Positions 1 to 9,643 are shown, numbered from the stretch's first letter. The stretch is DNA of 64,000 bases from Prevotella sp. (GCA_017443345.1 JAFSNR010000039.1:6278-70277); one strand, 5' to 3'. Numbers and translations are program-made. The notes: generated from the sequence alone by a model not told the origin.

Positions 1-429
1 GAGCGTTCTCTCCTTGTGCCAGCCCTGGATCCCAGCTGCACCAGGGTTAATGTGCAAGAGGTTGAGCGTCCTGTCGTATTTCACCTTCAGGATATGCGAA
101 TGCCCAGCCACAAACAACTGCGGTGGATTGGCAAAGAGCGTGGAGCGAACGCTGGCATCATAGTTGCCTGGATAGCCACCGATATGCTTGATGAGCACAT
201 CCACATCCTCAACCTTAAAACGGTTCAATTCACGATACATCAATCGCAAATCTCCTCCATCGCAATTTCCACACACAGCCCTAAAGGTCCTGAAAGCAGC
301 CAAGCGCTCAGCCACCTCCACACTGCCGATATCGCCTGCATGCCATATCTCGTCGCAGGGTTCGAAGTAGTGGAGATACTTATCGTCCCAATAGCTGTGC
401 GTATCGCTTAAGATTCCTATCCTTTTCAT
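1..429 (-). CDS. YfcE/MJ0936-family metallophosphoesterase (partial, runs off the left edge; not in the ORF track)
   Basis: Manual translation from ATG at 429: MKRIGILSDTHSYW...IWHAGDIG...AVCGNCD...FVAGHSH...HINPG, i.e. the calcineurin-like DxH, GD, GNxD and GHSH motifs. The start overlaps the MATE stop (TGATG). Confidence 0.88.
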   Translation of the reverse strand, partial: MKRIGILSDTHSYWDDKYLHYFEPCDEIWHAGDIGSVEVAERLAAFRTFRAVCGNCDGGDLRLMYRELNRFKVEDVDVLIKHIGGYPGNYDASVRSTLFANPPQLFVAGHSHILKVKYDRTLNLLHINPGAAGIQGWHKERTL

Positions 430-1778
430 CAACTATACTTTAATCTTTTCATATACCATATCAGTATGGGTATGGTCATGGCAAACGAGCCGAAATCACT
501 GGCAGGCATCGAATACCACACTCCGTCGAGATCCCAGAACAAGGGGAAAACATACGCCATCGGCAATAAGAGGAACAACTGACGCGAGAGCGACAGGAAG
601 ATGGATATCTTCACCTTGCCGATGCTCTGGAAGAAGTGGGTGATGGCCGCCTGTGAACCCACCACGAAGAACACCAGCATGTCGAGTTTGATACCCGTTG
701 CTGAAAGATCGAGCAAGGTAGGATCAGTGGTAAAGATACGTGCAATCTGTCGTGGGAAGAACATCGAGAGTGTCCAACCCACCAATAAGATAGCCGTTGC
801 ACAGGCAATCGTCAGCCACAGACAGCGGAACATGCGGTCATATTTCTCTGCACCGTAATTGTAGCCCACAATCGGCTGCATACCCTGATTCATACCCATC
901 ACGAACATGAAGAACACCATCACCACCGAGTTGGCGATCGAATAGGCACCCACAGCCATATCGCCACCATAGTGCACGAACTGGTTGTTCATGAAGATCA
1001 CGATGATGCACGACGTCGCATTCATCAGGAACGGGGAGATGCCGATACTGATGATATTCAGCACCAGCGTCTTTCTCAGCTTGTAGATACCCCTCTTCAG
1101 ATGGAGCAGTTCCTTCTTGTCGGAGAAGATCCACATCTGCCAACAGAGTGCCAGCGATTGTGACGTGATTGTCGCCAATGCCGCCCCTCTGATGCCCCAA
1201 CGGAACCACCAGACGAAGGTCACCACCAGCACGATGTTGCACGCCACCGTAAACAGCGTGGCATACATGGCGTGACGAGGTTTTCCTGCCGCTCGTAGCA
1301 CGGCGTTCATACCAAAATACATGTGCGTCACCATGTTGCCCAACAGGATGACGATCATAAACTCACGGGCATAGGGCAGCGTCGCGTCAGAGGCACCGAA
1401 GAACCTCAGGATCGGATCCAGGAACAACAGACTGACGGCCATAAAAATAAAGCCGACAATCAGGTTCAGCGTCACCGTATTACCTAACAGATTCTCGGCC
1501 GTCTTATAGTCCTGCTGACCCAGTTTCACACTGATACACGCAGAAGAGCCCACGCCCACAGCTGCTCCGAAGGCCGCACTCAAGTTCATGAAGGGAAACG
1601 TGATGCCCAGACCCGCAATGGCCTCAGGACCCACGATCTGACCAATCATGGCACGGTCGATGATATTGTAAAGACTCGACGCCGTCATGGCCACAATAGC
1701 AGGCAGGGCATATTGCCAAAGCAACTGTCCCACAGGCTTTTGTCCCAGTTCCAAAGCGGCTTTTTTATTGTCTGTCAT
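429..1778 (-). CDS. MATE family efflux transporter
   Basis: About 12 hydrophobic segments, with MATE motifs 'LYNIIDRAMIG' and 'QPIVGYNYGA'. Start moved to MTDNKK (1778), downstream of a -7 box. Confidence 0.92.
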   Translation of the reverse strand: MTDNKKAALELGQKPVGQLLWQYALPAIVAMTASSLYNIIDRAMIGQIVGPEAIAGLGITFPFMNLSAAFGAAVGVGSSACISVKLGQQDYKTAENLLGNTVTLNLIVGFIFMAVSLLFLDPILRFFGASDATLPYAREFMIVILLGNMVTHMYFGMNAVLRAAGKPRHAMYATLFTVACNIVLVVTFVWWFRWGIRGAALATITSQSLALCWQMWIFSDKKELLHLKRGIYKLRKTLVLNIISIGISPFLMNATSCIIVIFMNNQFVHYGGDMAVGAYSIANSVVMVFFMFVMGMNQGMQPIVGYNYGAEKYDRMFRCLWLTIACATAILLVGWTLSMFFPRQIARIFTTDPTLLDLSATGIKLDMLVFFVVGSQAAITHFFQSIGKVKISIFLSLSRQLFLLLPMAYVFPLFWDLDGVWYSMPASDFGSFAMTIPILIWYMKRLKYS

Positions 1779-1802
1779 TTCGCGTACGTGATAAAAACGG
1801 TG

Positions 1803-1873
1803 CAAAGATACGAATATTTTTCGAGATAAAACACAATTAAATTTGGTTTTTTACGCACTTATTTGTACCTTTG
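1803..1873. promoter_or_regulatory. Divergent Bacteroidota sigma-A promoters (MATE and S8 peptidase)
   Basis: Plus strand: TTTG (1842-45), N20, TACCTTTG (1866-73). Minus strand: TATCTTTG (1810-1803), with no clear -33 element. Confidence 0.7.
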
Positions 1874-1881
1874 CACCCGTT

Positions 1882-3351
1882 ATGCAGACTGACAACCTTT
1901 ATAAGATATACTTTCTGACTCTACTATTGCTCATCTGCCCCTTGACGATGATAGCAGACAGCAGCCCCAAGATGAAGTACCCTGGGGGTAAATTCTATAT
2001 CTGGCGCTATACCCTGAAGGACAAGCAAGGCACCCCCTACTCCACCGAGCATCCTGGTCGCTGGCTGACGCATAAGTCCATCGAGCGCCGACGCAGACAG
2101 GGACTACCCATCGATTCCACCGATCTGCCTGTCAGTCAGAAGTATATCCGTGCTTTCCAGCGTACCTCAGAGGACGTCACCAGGAAGCATCGTCGTGGTT
2201 CTACGGAGTGGGCCATCATCGGAACCAGCCGATGGAACAATACGATACTCGTTCGTTCTAACGACACCACGCTCTTCCGACGTCTCGACTCCCTCGAGTG
2301 TGTCCGTAAGTCTGAATTGGTCTGGATATCCCCCGACAGCATCAACCGTTTCATCAAGACCAGTGCCCACGACGGTTTCAACCCTTGGGACAGTTTGAAG
2401 ACATCACCCTATGGCAATGGCAAAGAACAGATTGAGATGCTCGCCGGACAGCGACTGCATAACATCGGACTTATGGGAAAAGGCATCACCATCGCCGTCC
2501 TCGACGGTGGTTTCCAGAATTGCGACATCATTCCAGCCTTCACGCGTGCTAACATCGTGGGTACCAGGGATTTCGTCTATCCCAACAGTCAGCATTTCTA
2601 TCAGGAGACCGATCACGGTACGAAGGTCCTCTCCGTCATGGCTACGCGCGAGTCTGAAGTGCTCATCGGCACTGCCCCCGAGGCACGCTACTGGCTTCTG
2701 CGCTGTGAGGACCAGCAGACTGAACAACCCGTGGAAGAAGACTATTGGGCGATGGCCGCTGAGTTTGCCGACTCAGTAGGAGTCGACATTATCAGCAGCA
2801 GTCTCGGCTATAACGACTACGACAATCACCCAGGCTATTATCATCAGCGCGACCTCGACGGCGACAAGGCTTTCATCAGCCGTACTGCCTCGATGCTGGC
2901 TCGTAAGGGCATGATACTCGTCAATTCAGCAGGTAACAGTGGTATGGGGCCGTGGAAGAAGATTGTCTTTCCTGCCGATGCCAAAGACATACTGACGGTT
3001 GGGGCCGTGAATACCAACCAGAAGAATGCGCCCTTCAGTGGTGTGGGACCCACACAGGATGGTCGGGTCAAACCCGATGTCATGGCCCTTGGCAGTCCCG
3101 CCTCCTTGATCTCGGGTCGAGGTACGATTGTCAGGGATATGGGCACCTCGTTCTCCACCCCCATCGTGGCAGGTCTTGTGGCCTGTCTCTGGCAGGCATT
3201 CCCTCAGAAGACAGCCCTCGACATCATCAATCTCGTTCGTCAGACAAGCAACAGCTACGAGACGCCCGATAACATCTACGGCTACGGCCTGCCCAACTTC
3301 TGGAGGGCCTATATGATTGGGAAACTGCCAAATGAGAAAATGAGAGAATGA
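1882..3351 (+). CDS. S8 (subtilisin-like) serine peptidase, probably secreted
   Basis: Catalytic motifs IAVLDGGF (Asp), HGTKV (His), NSAGN (oxyanion Asn) and GTSFSTP (Ser); hydrophobic N-terminus. Start placed downstream of the promoter. Confidence 0.92.
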   Translation: MQTDNLYKIYFLTLLLLICPLTMIADSSPKMKYPGGKFYIWRYTLKDKQGTPYSTEHPGRWLTHKSIERRRRQGLPIDSTDLPVSQKYIRAFQRTSEDVTRKHRRGSTEWAIIGTSRWNNTILVRSNDTTLFRRLDSLECVRKSELVWISPDSINRFIKTSAHDGFNPWDSLKTSPYGNGKEQIEMLAGQRLHNIGLMGKGITIAVLDGGFQNCDIIPAFTRANIVGTRDFVYPNSQHFYQETDHGTKVLSVMATRESEVLIGTAPEARYWLLRCEDQQTEQPVEEDYWAMAAEFADSVGVDIISSSLGYNDYDNHPGYYHQRDLDGDKAFISRTASMLARKGMILVNSAGNSGMGPWKKIVFPADAKDILTVGAVNTNQKNAPFSGVGPTQDGRVKPDVMALGSPASLISGRGTIVRDMGTSFSTPIVAGLVACLWQAFPQKTALDIINLVRQTSNSYETPDNIYGYGLPNFWRAYMIGKLPNEKMRE

Positions 3352-3394
3352 GAAAATGAGAAAATGAGAAAATGAGAGAATGAGGAAATGAGAA
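3331..3394 (+). repeat. 8 x AATGAG(A/G)(A/G) octamer tandem repeat
   Basis: Read directly. It contains the S8 stop (3349-51) and the xseA ATG (3388). Confidence 0.95.
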
Positions 3395-4644
3395 ATGACA
3401 GGCTCTCCCTTCTGGAACTCAACCGCCTCGTACGCGGGGTCATTGAGTGCGAGATGCCCGATGAGTATTGGGTAGAGGCTGAATTGTCGGAATGTCGCGA
3501 GAACCACGGCCACTGCTTCATGTCACTCATTCAGAAAGACGAGCGAGGCTCTACTCCTGTCGCCAAGGCCGATGCCAGATGCTGGGCCTCGAAGTGGATG
3601 CTCATCCGTCCCTATTTCGAACGTACAACGGGGCAACAGCTGCGCCCCGGCATCAAGGTGCTTCTGAAGGTCTATGCCCAGTTTCATGAGGCCTATGGCT
3701 TCTCGTGGATTGTCACTGACATCGACCCCACCTATACCCTCGGCGACATGGCCCGCAAGCGTCAGGAGATTATCCGTCAACTCAAGGAAGAGGGCGTCTT
3801 CGACCTTCAGAAAGAGTTGGACTTACCAGTCTTCTGCCAACGTATCGCCGTGATTTCCAGTGAGACGGCAGCAGGCTATGGCGACTTCTGCCACCAACTC
3901 TCCGACAACCCCTACGGTTTTCAGTTCCACGTTCAACTCTTCCCAGCCATCATGCAGGGCGAGGGTGTCTCCCAGAGCATCATCGCCGCCCTCGAAGAAA
4001 TCTATTCTCAAACCACTCACCCCTCACCACTAACCCCTCATTACGACTGCGTCGTCATCATCCGAGGTGGAGGTGCTACGAGCGACATGAGTGGTTTCGA
4101 CACCTTGGAACTGGCTGAGAACGTCGCCAATTTCCCACTCCCCATCATCACGGGTATCGGACATGATCGCGATGAGTCGATTCTCGATATGGTGAGTCAC
4201 ACCCGTGTGAAGACACCTACAGCAGCTGCGACACTGCTGATAGACCATCTGAAGGCCATACTCGACACCATCGAAGGGGCCCAGAGCCTCATCACCCACT
4301 ACGCCCAACAGAAACTCTCAACTTTCCACGCTCAACTCTCAACGCTCTCCGAGGCCATTCCTCGCCTCTTCAGTATAGTCAAGACCCGTCATGAGGCTCG
4401 TCTCGATACCTACTATCAGCGTATCACTCATCAGGTGGAGCGCCGACTCACTTCCGAGCGCCACAAGCTCGAATTGGTCGATGAGAAGCTCCGTGCCCTC
4501 GACCCTGCCCTACTCCTGAAACGAGGCTATAGCATCACTCTCAAGGATGGCAAGGCTGTCCGAGATGCACAGGCCCTTCAGAAAGGCGACGAGATAGAGA
4601 CCCGCCTCGCCAACGGCACCATCCACTCCACCGTTAATCGTTAA
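3388..4644 (+). CDS. xseA: Exodeoxyribonuclease VII large subunit
   Basis: N-terminal OB fold 'WVEAELSE...GHCF', 'IIRGGG' and 'TGIGHDRD...KTPTAAA', 'LLKRGYSIT'; adjacent to xseB. Confidence 0.95.
   Translation: MRNDRLSLLELNRLVRGVIECEMPDEYWVEAELSECRENHGHCFMSLIQKDERGSTPVAKADARCWASKWMLIRPYFERTTGQQLRPGIKVLLKVYAQFHEAYGFSWIVTDIDPTYTLGDMARKRQEIIRQLKEEGVFDLQKELDLPVFCQRIAVISSETAAGYGDFCHQLSDNPYGFQFHVQLFPAIMQGEGVSQSIIAALEEIYSQTTHPSPLTPHYDCVVIIRGGGATSDMSGFDTLELAENVANFPLPIITGIGHDRDESILDMVSHTRVKTPTAAATLLIDHLKAILDTIEGAQSLITHYAQQKLSTFHAQLSTLSEAIPRLFSIVKTRHEARLDTYYQRITHQVERRLTSERHKLELVDEKLRALDPALLLKRGYSITLKDGKAVRDAQALQKGDEIETRLANGTIHSTVNR
4014..4041 (+). repeat. 4 heptamers (CACTCAC CCCTCAC CACTAAC CCCTCAT) inside xseA
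   Basis: Read directly; encodes part of TTHPSPLTPH. Confidence 0.7.
4314..4348 (+). repeat. 5 heptamers (ACTCTCA-like) inside xseA
   Basis: ACTCTCA ACTTTCC ACGCTCA ACTCTCA ACGCTCT; encodes LSTFHAQLSTL. Confidence 0.65.
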
Positions 4645-4690
4645 TATGTTACTCTGTCAAAAAATACTCTGTCTTAAATAAATAGTTACT

Positions 4691-4882
4691 ATGTCTAAGG
4701 AAATGAAATACGAGGCTGCGCTAGCCGAACTCCAAGCCATTGTCCGTAAAATGGAAAACGATGAGCTCGACATCGATCAGATGTCCGATCAACTGAAACG
4801 TGCACAGGAATTAATCAAACTCTGCAAGGACAAATTGACGAAAACCGACGAGGAAATCAAGAAAATCCTTGCCGAAAAGTAA
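4691..4882 (+). CDS. xseB: Exodeoxyribonuclease VII small subunit
   Basis: 63 aa, 'YEAALAELQAIVRKMEN..LDID', downstream of xseA. Confidence 0.93.
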   Translation: MSKEMKYEAALAELQAIVRKMENDELDIDQMSDQLKRAQELIKLCKDKLTKTDEEIKKILAEK

Positions 4883-4922
4883 GTTTTATGCAGAAAATGT
4901 TGTTCGTTTGACACGAAATGTG

Positions 4923-4930
4923 TACTTTTG
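4923..4930 (+). promoter_or_regulatory. -7 promoter box upstream of ilvE
   Basis: TACTTTTG matches TAnnTTTG, 36 nt before the ATG. Confidence 0.55.
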
Positions 4931-4965
4931 CATGCAGAATTGAAACTTTTAAACGATTAAACAAT

Positions 4966-5982
4966 ATGAAGAATTTGGATTGGGGTAGCCTCTCATTTGG
5001 CTACATGAAGACCGACTACAATGTACGTTGCTACTATCGCGACGGCAAATGGGGCGAGATCGAAGTTTGCTCCGATGAGTATCTGAACCTGCACATGGCA
5101 GCCACCTGTCTGCACTACGGTCAGGAGGCTTTCGAGGGCTTGAAGGCCTATCGTTGCAAGGATGGCAAGGTGCGCGTGTTCCGCATGGAGGAGAATGCAG
5201 CCCGTCTGCAGTCTACCTGCCGTGGCATCATGATGCCCGAGGTCAGCACAGAGCTGTTCTGCGAGATGGTGAAGAAGGTCGTTCGTCTCAACCAGGAGTG
5301 GATCCCCACCTACGAGAGCGGAGCTACACTCTATATCCGTCCGTTGCTCATCGGTACAAGCGCTCAGGTTGGTGTTCACCCCGCTAAGGAGTACTGCTTC
5401 CTGATCTTCGTAACACCAGTAGGCCCATACTTCAAGGGTGGTTTCTCCAGCAATCCTTACGTGATTGTTCGCGACTACGACCGTTCTGCTCCTCTCGGCA
5501 CAGGTAAGTATAAGGTCGGTGGTAACTACGCTGCCTCTCTCTTCGCCAACAACCTGGCTCACGAGAAGGGTTATGCCTGTGAGTTCTACCTCGACGCCAA
5601 GGAGAAGAAGTACATGGACGAGTGCGGTGCAGCCAACTTCTTCGGTATCAAGGACAATACCTACATCACACCGAAGTCAACCTCTATCCTCCCCTCTATC
5701 ACCAACAAGTCTCTGATGCAGGTAGCCGAGGATCTGGGCATGAAGGTAGAGCGCCGTCCTATCCCCGAGGAAGAGCTCGAAACCTTCGAGGAGGCAGGTG
5801 CTTGCGGTACAGCAGCCGTGATCTCTCCTATCTCTTATATCGACGACCTCGACACCGGCAAGCGTTACAGCTTCGGTGACAAGCCAGGCCCATTGTCCAA
5901 GAAGCTCTTCGACACCCTCCGTGGCATCCAGTACGGTGAGATCGAGGACAAGCACGGCTGGACGACCGTAGTGATTGAATAA
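4966..5982 (+). CDS. ilvE: Branched-chain amino acid aminotransferase
   Basis: 'LHYGQEAFEGLKAY', 'YKVGGNYAAS' (PLP lysine), 'ECGAANFF', 'ILPSIT', 'GTAAVISP'. Confidence 0.96.
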   Translation: MKNLDWGSLSFGYMKTDYNVRCYYRDGKWGEIEVCSDEYLNLHMAATCLHYGQEAFEGLKAYRCKDGKVRVFRMEENAARLQSTCRGIMMPEVSTELFCEMVKKVVRLNQEWIPTYESGATLYIRPLLIGTSAQVGVHPAKEYCFLIFVTPVGPYFKGGFSSNPYVIVRDYDRSAPLGTGKYKVGGNYAASLFANNLAHEKGYACEFYLDAKEKKYMDECGAANFFGIKDNTYITPKSTSILPSITNKSLMQVAEDLGMKVERRPIPEEELETFEEAGACGTAAVISPISYIDDLDTGKRYSFGDKPGPLSKKLFDTLRGIQYGEIEDKHGWTTVVIE

Positions 5983-6015
5983 TTGACAATTGATAATTGA
6001 CAATTGACAATTAGC
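5981..6015 (+). repeat. AATTGAC heptamer tandem repeat (4-5 units) at the ilvE-trmB junction
   Basis: AATTGAC AATTGAT AATTGAC AATTGAC AATTAGC. Confidence 0.9.
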
Positions 6016-6020
6016 CATTA

Positions 6021-6788
6021 ATGGGAAAAGGCAAACTGGCGAAATTCGCCGACATGGAAACCTATGAGAACGTGTTCCAGTACCCCTATTCGGTAGTGGA
6101 ACATGTTCCTTTTGAGATGCAGGGCCACTGGCACGAGCAGTATTTCCACAACGATCACCCCATCGTGCTCGAGCTCGGCTGTGGCAAGGGCGAATACACC
6201 GTGGAGCTGGCCAAGCTCTATCCTGAGATGAATTTCATCGGAGTCGACATCAAGGGAGCCCGCATGTGGACTGGTGCCACCCAGGCACTGAACGAAGGTC
6301 TGAAGAATGTGGCCTTCCTCCGTACCAATATCGAGATTATCGACCGTTTCTTCGCTGAAGACGAGGTACAGGAAATCTGGCTCACGTTCTCCGACCCCCA
6401 GATGAAGAACCCTCGCAAACGGCTTACCTCCACCTACTTCATGGAGCGCTATCGCCACTTCCTCGTCGATGGCGGCATCATCCACCTGAAGACCGACTCC
6501 AACTTCCTCTTTACCTATACCCGCTATATGGTAGAGAAGAACGCCCTGCCCGTGGATGAAATGACCGAAGATCTCTATCATTCTAACCTCTCACCCCTCA
6601 CCACTCAACTCCTATCGATCCAAACCTACTACGAATCGATGTGGATAGCCCGTGGACTGAACATCAAGTATCTGAAATGGCACCTGCCCAAGGCTGGTGT
6701 GCTCGAAGAGCCCGACGTGGAGATCGAGCTCGACGACTACCGATCCTATCACCGTTCAAAAAGAAGTTCACTAGATAAAGCAAAATAA
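6021..6788 (+). CDS. trmB: tRNA (guanine-N7)-methyltransferase
   Basis: '[10 protein letters not shown]', 'GVDIK', 'FSDP', 'IHLKTD', 'TYYE'. Confidence 0.95.
   Translation: MGKGKLAKFADMETYENVFQYPYSVVEHVPFEMQGHWHEQYFHNDHPIVLELGCGKGEYTVELAKLYPEMNFIGVDIKGARMWTGATQALNEGLKNVAFLRTNIEIIDRFFAEDEVQEIWLTFSDPQMKNPRKRLTSTYFMERYRHFLVDGGIIHLKTDSNFLFTYTRYMVEKNALPVDEMTEDLYHSNLSPLTTQLLSIQTYYESMWIARGLNIKYLKWHLPKAGVLEEPDVEIELDDYRSYHRSKRSSLDKAK
6581..6608 (+). repeat. 4 heptamers inside trmB
   Basis: TTCTAAC CTCTCAC CCCTCAC CACTCAA; encodes SNLSPLTTQ. Confidence 0.65.
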
Positions 6789-6801
6789 AAAACGAACAAT
6801 T

Positions 6802-8460
6802 ATGAAAAAGCTAATGATCATCCTCATGGCAGCACTGCCTATGTTTGCCATGGCACAAGACAAAGTGAATGTAAAAGTCGACTCCGTCGGCAAGTTGGCA
6901 ACACAGTTGGGCGACCAGAGGTTCAAGGTCGCTGATCTCACTGTCAGTGGCGCCCTCAATGGCGCAGACCTTAAACTACTCCAGGAAATCGTCACCCGCA
7001 ACAAGGTGAAGAACCCCGATGAGTGTCTGGTAACCGCCCTCGACATCTCTGGCATCACTATCGTTGAGGGAAAGGAAGGCATGAAGACCCAGGCCGACGA
7101 ACTGCCCAAGGGCCTCTTCTCTGGTGCGAAGAATCTGACGAAGGTCGTACTCCCCTCCAGCGTCAAGGCCATCAGCAAAGGTTGCTTCAGCGGCTGTAAC
7201 AGCCTCACCAATGTGTCCATCCCAGCCAATATCACCACCATCGATGTCGAAGCGTTCCAGGACTGCGAGGATCTGACCGCCATCACCCTCCCCGCTGGTC
7301 TGAAGGTCCTGGGTAACGAGGCCTTCGAAGGCTGTAAGAGTCTGACGTCCATCGTGCTCCCCAAGGGCCTCAGCGAGATTGCCCCACAGGCCTTCAGCAA
7401 GTGTAAGAGTCTGAAGACCATCAATATCCCCGATGGCGTGAAGAAGATTGGCGGCAGTGCTTTCAAGAGCTGCGAGAGTCTGACGAACATGGTTCTCCCC
7501 AAGTCCGTCAACGAGATCGAATCCTCTGCCTTCGACGGCTGTTCGTCACTCCAGACCATCGAGATGGCCTCTGTATCCAACGTGGGAGCCAGCGCCTTCA
7601 AAGGATGTAAGAGTCTGAAATCCATCAAGTTCGATAACATCGCCAAACTCGGCCAGATTGCCTTCATGGATTGCACCTCTCTGCAGACCGTCGAGATGAA
7701 GGGCAACCTCGACGACGTCAACACCGCCGCCTTCCAGGGCTGTAGCTCACTCAAGGAAGTCGTCCTGCCCGCTACGGTCAAGGTCATCAGCACCCACGCC
7801 TTCGAGGATTGCAAGTCGCTGGCCACCATCAACTTCCCTTCATCCCTGACCAAGATCAACGACAGCGCCTTCCAGGGTTGCAGCTCACTGACCGACGTCG
7901 AACTCCCCCAGTCGTTCAAGTCGCTGGGCGACGATGCCTTTAAGGACTGTGCCAGTCTGAAGAGCATCGTTATCAACGGCCTCATCGACGAGATTGAGCC
8001 CAACACCTTCCGCAAGTGCGGCAGCCTGCAGCGCATCGTCCTCCCCAACACCGTCAAGCGCATCGGTAGCAACGCCTTCAATGGCTGCTCCATGCTCTCC
8101 GACATCAACTGGTCGCCAGCGCTGAAGACCATCGAGAATGCCGCCTTCGAGAAGTGCGCCTCGCTCCGCGAACTCATCTTCCCCAACGGTCTGAAGTCCA
8201 TCGGTGGCGACGCCTTCAAGGGCTGCAGCCTGCTGACTACGGTCGAGATCCCCGCCACGGTGAAGGAGATTGGCGGTTCAGCCTTCCAGGAGTGCAAAGC
8301 CCTCACCACCGTCACCATCAACAGCGGTACGCCTCCCTCTATCAGCGGCGACACCTTCAAGGGCAGCAACCCCAACATCCTCATCCCCAACGGTTCCATG
8401 GCTGTCTATATGACCAACAAGAAATGGGCCAAGCAGAGGGGCGTGAAGGAAAACAAATAA
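6802..8460 (+). CDS. BspA-like (TpLRR) leucine-rich repeat protein with signal peptide
   Basis: Many 22-23 aa repeats IGxxAFxxCxSLxxIxLP; signal peptide MKKLMIILMAALPMFAMA. Confidence 0.92.
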   Translation: MKKLMIILMAALPMFAMAQDKVNVKVDSVGKLATQLGDQRFKVADLTVSGALNGADLKLLQEIVTRNKVKNPDECLVTALDISGITIVEGKEGMKTQADELPKGLFSGAKNLTKVVLPSSVKAISKGCFSGCNSLTNVSIPANITTIDVEAFQDCEDLTAITLPAGLKVLGNEAFEGCKSLTSIVLPKGLSEIAPQAFSKCKSLKTINIPDGVKKIGGSAFKSCESLTNMVLPKSVNEIESSAFDGCSSLQTIEMASVSNVGASAFKGCKSLKSIKFDNIAKLGQIAFMDCTSLQTVEMKGNLDDVNTAAFQGCSSLKEVVLPATVKVISTHAFEDCKSLATINFPSSLTKINDSAFQGCSSLTDVELPQSFKSLGDDAFKDCASLKSIVINGLIDEIEPNTFRKCGSLQRIVLPNTVKRIGSNAFNGCSMLSDINWSPALKTIENAAFEKCASLRELIFPNGLKSIGGDAFKGCSLLTTVEIPATVKEIGGSAFQECKALTTVTINSGTPPSISGDTFKGSNPNILIPNGSMAVYMTNKKWAKQRGVKENK

Positions 8461-8470
8461 AAGTAACACC

Positions 8471-9589
8471 ATGACATTATACCCGCAACTGATAATGGAT
8501 GCCCTGGCAACGGTCATGTATGCCGGGACGAAGAAGAATATCGTCGAGAGTGGCATGGTCGCCGACACCCCGTCGGTGGCCGCCCCCTCTGCCGAAGGCG
8601 AGCCCTGGAAGGTGAAGGTCGTGCTCGAGTTCCCTCGCGACACCGACCCCTTCCTCAAGTCCACCGTGAAAGCCGCCGAGGCAGCCATCAAGTACCACTG
8701 CGGCCAGGACATCGAGGTCGAGATTGTCACTGAGTTCAAGACCGCTCCCCGTCCCGAGGTCGGCCAGATGCTGCCAGGCGTCAAGAACATCATCGCCGTC
8801 AGCTCAGGCAAGGGAGGCGTCGGCAAGAGCACCGTCTCTGCCAACCTCGCCATCGCCCTCGCCCGTCTCGGCTACAAGATCGGTCTGCTCGATACCGACA
8901 TCTTCGGCCCTTCCATGCCCAAGATGTTCGATGTAGAGGATGAGCGCCCCTATGCCGTCAAGAAAGATGGTCGCGACCTCATCTGCCCCGTCGAGAAATA
9001 CGGTGTCCGTCTGCTCAGTATCGGCTTCTTCGTCTCCCCCACCACGGCCACCCTCTGGCGTGGCGGTATGGCCACCAGCGCCCTGAAGCAGCTCATTGCC
9101 GATGCCGACTGGGGCGAGCTCGACTACTTCATCCTCGACACCCCTCCAGGCACCAGCGACATCCATCTCACGTTGCTGCAGACCCTCCCCATCACCGGAG
9201 CCATCATCGTCTCCACCCCCCAGCAGGTCGCCCTCGCCGATGCCCGCAAGGGCATCGACATGTACCGCAACGAGAAGGTCAACGTGCCCATCCTCGGACT
9301 CATCGAGAACATGGCATGGTTCACCCCAGCCGAACTGCCCGAGAACCGCTATTACATCTTCGGCAAGGAAGGCTGCAAGCAGCTCGCCGAGGAGATGCAG
9401 GTACCCCTGCTCGCCCAGATCCCCCTCGTTCAGAGCATCTGCGACAATGGCGATGCAGGCACCCCCGCAGCCCTCTCGAGCGACACGTCCACCGGCCTCG
9501 CCTTCATCAACCTCGCCCAGGCCGTTGTCACCGTTGTCAACCGCCGCAACAAGGAACAGCCCAAGACGAAAATCGTCGGACAAGGATAA
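8471..9589 (+). CDS. mrp: Mrp/NBP35 (ApbC) Fe-S cluster carrier ATPase
   Basis: 'SSGKGGVGKST', 'DTDIFGPS', 'LWRGGM', 'DTPPGTSD', 'ENMAWF'. Confidence 0.93.
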   Translation: MTLYPQLIMDALATVMYAGTKKNIVESGMVADTPSVAAPSAEGEPWKVKVVLEFPRDTDPFLKSTVKAAEAAIKYHCGQDIEVEIVTEFKTAPRPEVGQMLPGVKNIIAVSSGKGGVGKSTVSANLAIALARLGYKIGLLDTDIFGPSMPKMFDVEDERPYAVKKDGRDLICPVEKYGVRLLSIGFFVSPTTATLWRGGMATSALKQLIADADWGELDYFILDTPPGTSDIHLTLLQTLPITGAIIVSTPQQVALADARKGIDMYRNEKVNVPILGLIENMAWFTPAELPENRYYIFGKEGCKQLAEEMQVPLLAQIPLVQSICDNGDAGTPAALSSDTSTGLAFINLAQAVVTVVNRRNKEQPKTKIVGQG

Positions 9590-9608
9590 ACCCCTTGAGG
9601 CATAACAT

Positions 9609-9643
9609 AGAATAGCCCCCTCCGAAAATGAGGGGGCTATTCT
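9609..9643. terminator. Probable bidirectional intrinsic terminator between convergent transcripts
   Basis: Perfect 14-bp stem AGAATAGCCCCCTC / GAGGGGGCTATTCT with a 7-nt loop; the U-tails are weak. Confidence 0.75.

Noticed and set aside
16-411. 131-aa plus-strand ORF
   Set aside because: It is the antisense shadow of the minus-strand metallophosphoesterase, which has clear catalytic motifs.
4650-4673. TACTCTGTC direct repeat between xseA and xseB
   Set aside because: Only two 9-nt copies with no further structure; could be chance or a tiny duplication.
6950-8350. Periodic DNA in the LRR gene as a possible CRISPR or VNTR
   Set aside because: The periodicity is protein-level (22-23 aa) with synonymous divergence; there are no identical repeats or spacers.
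6771-8399. 542-aa minus-strand ORF with repetitive sequence
   Set aside because: Antisense to the LRR gene; its repeats mirror the LRR codons.
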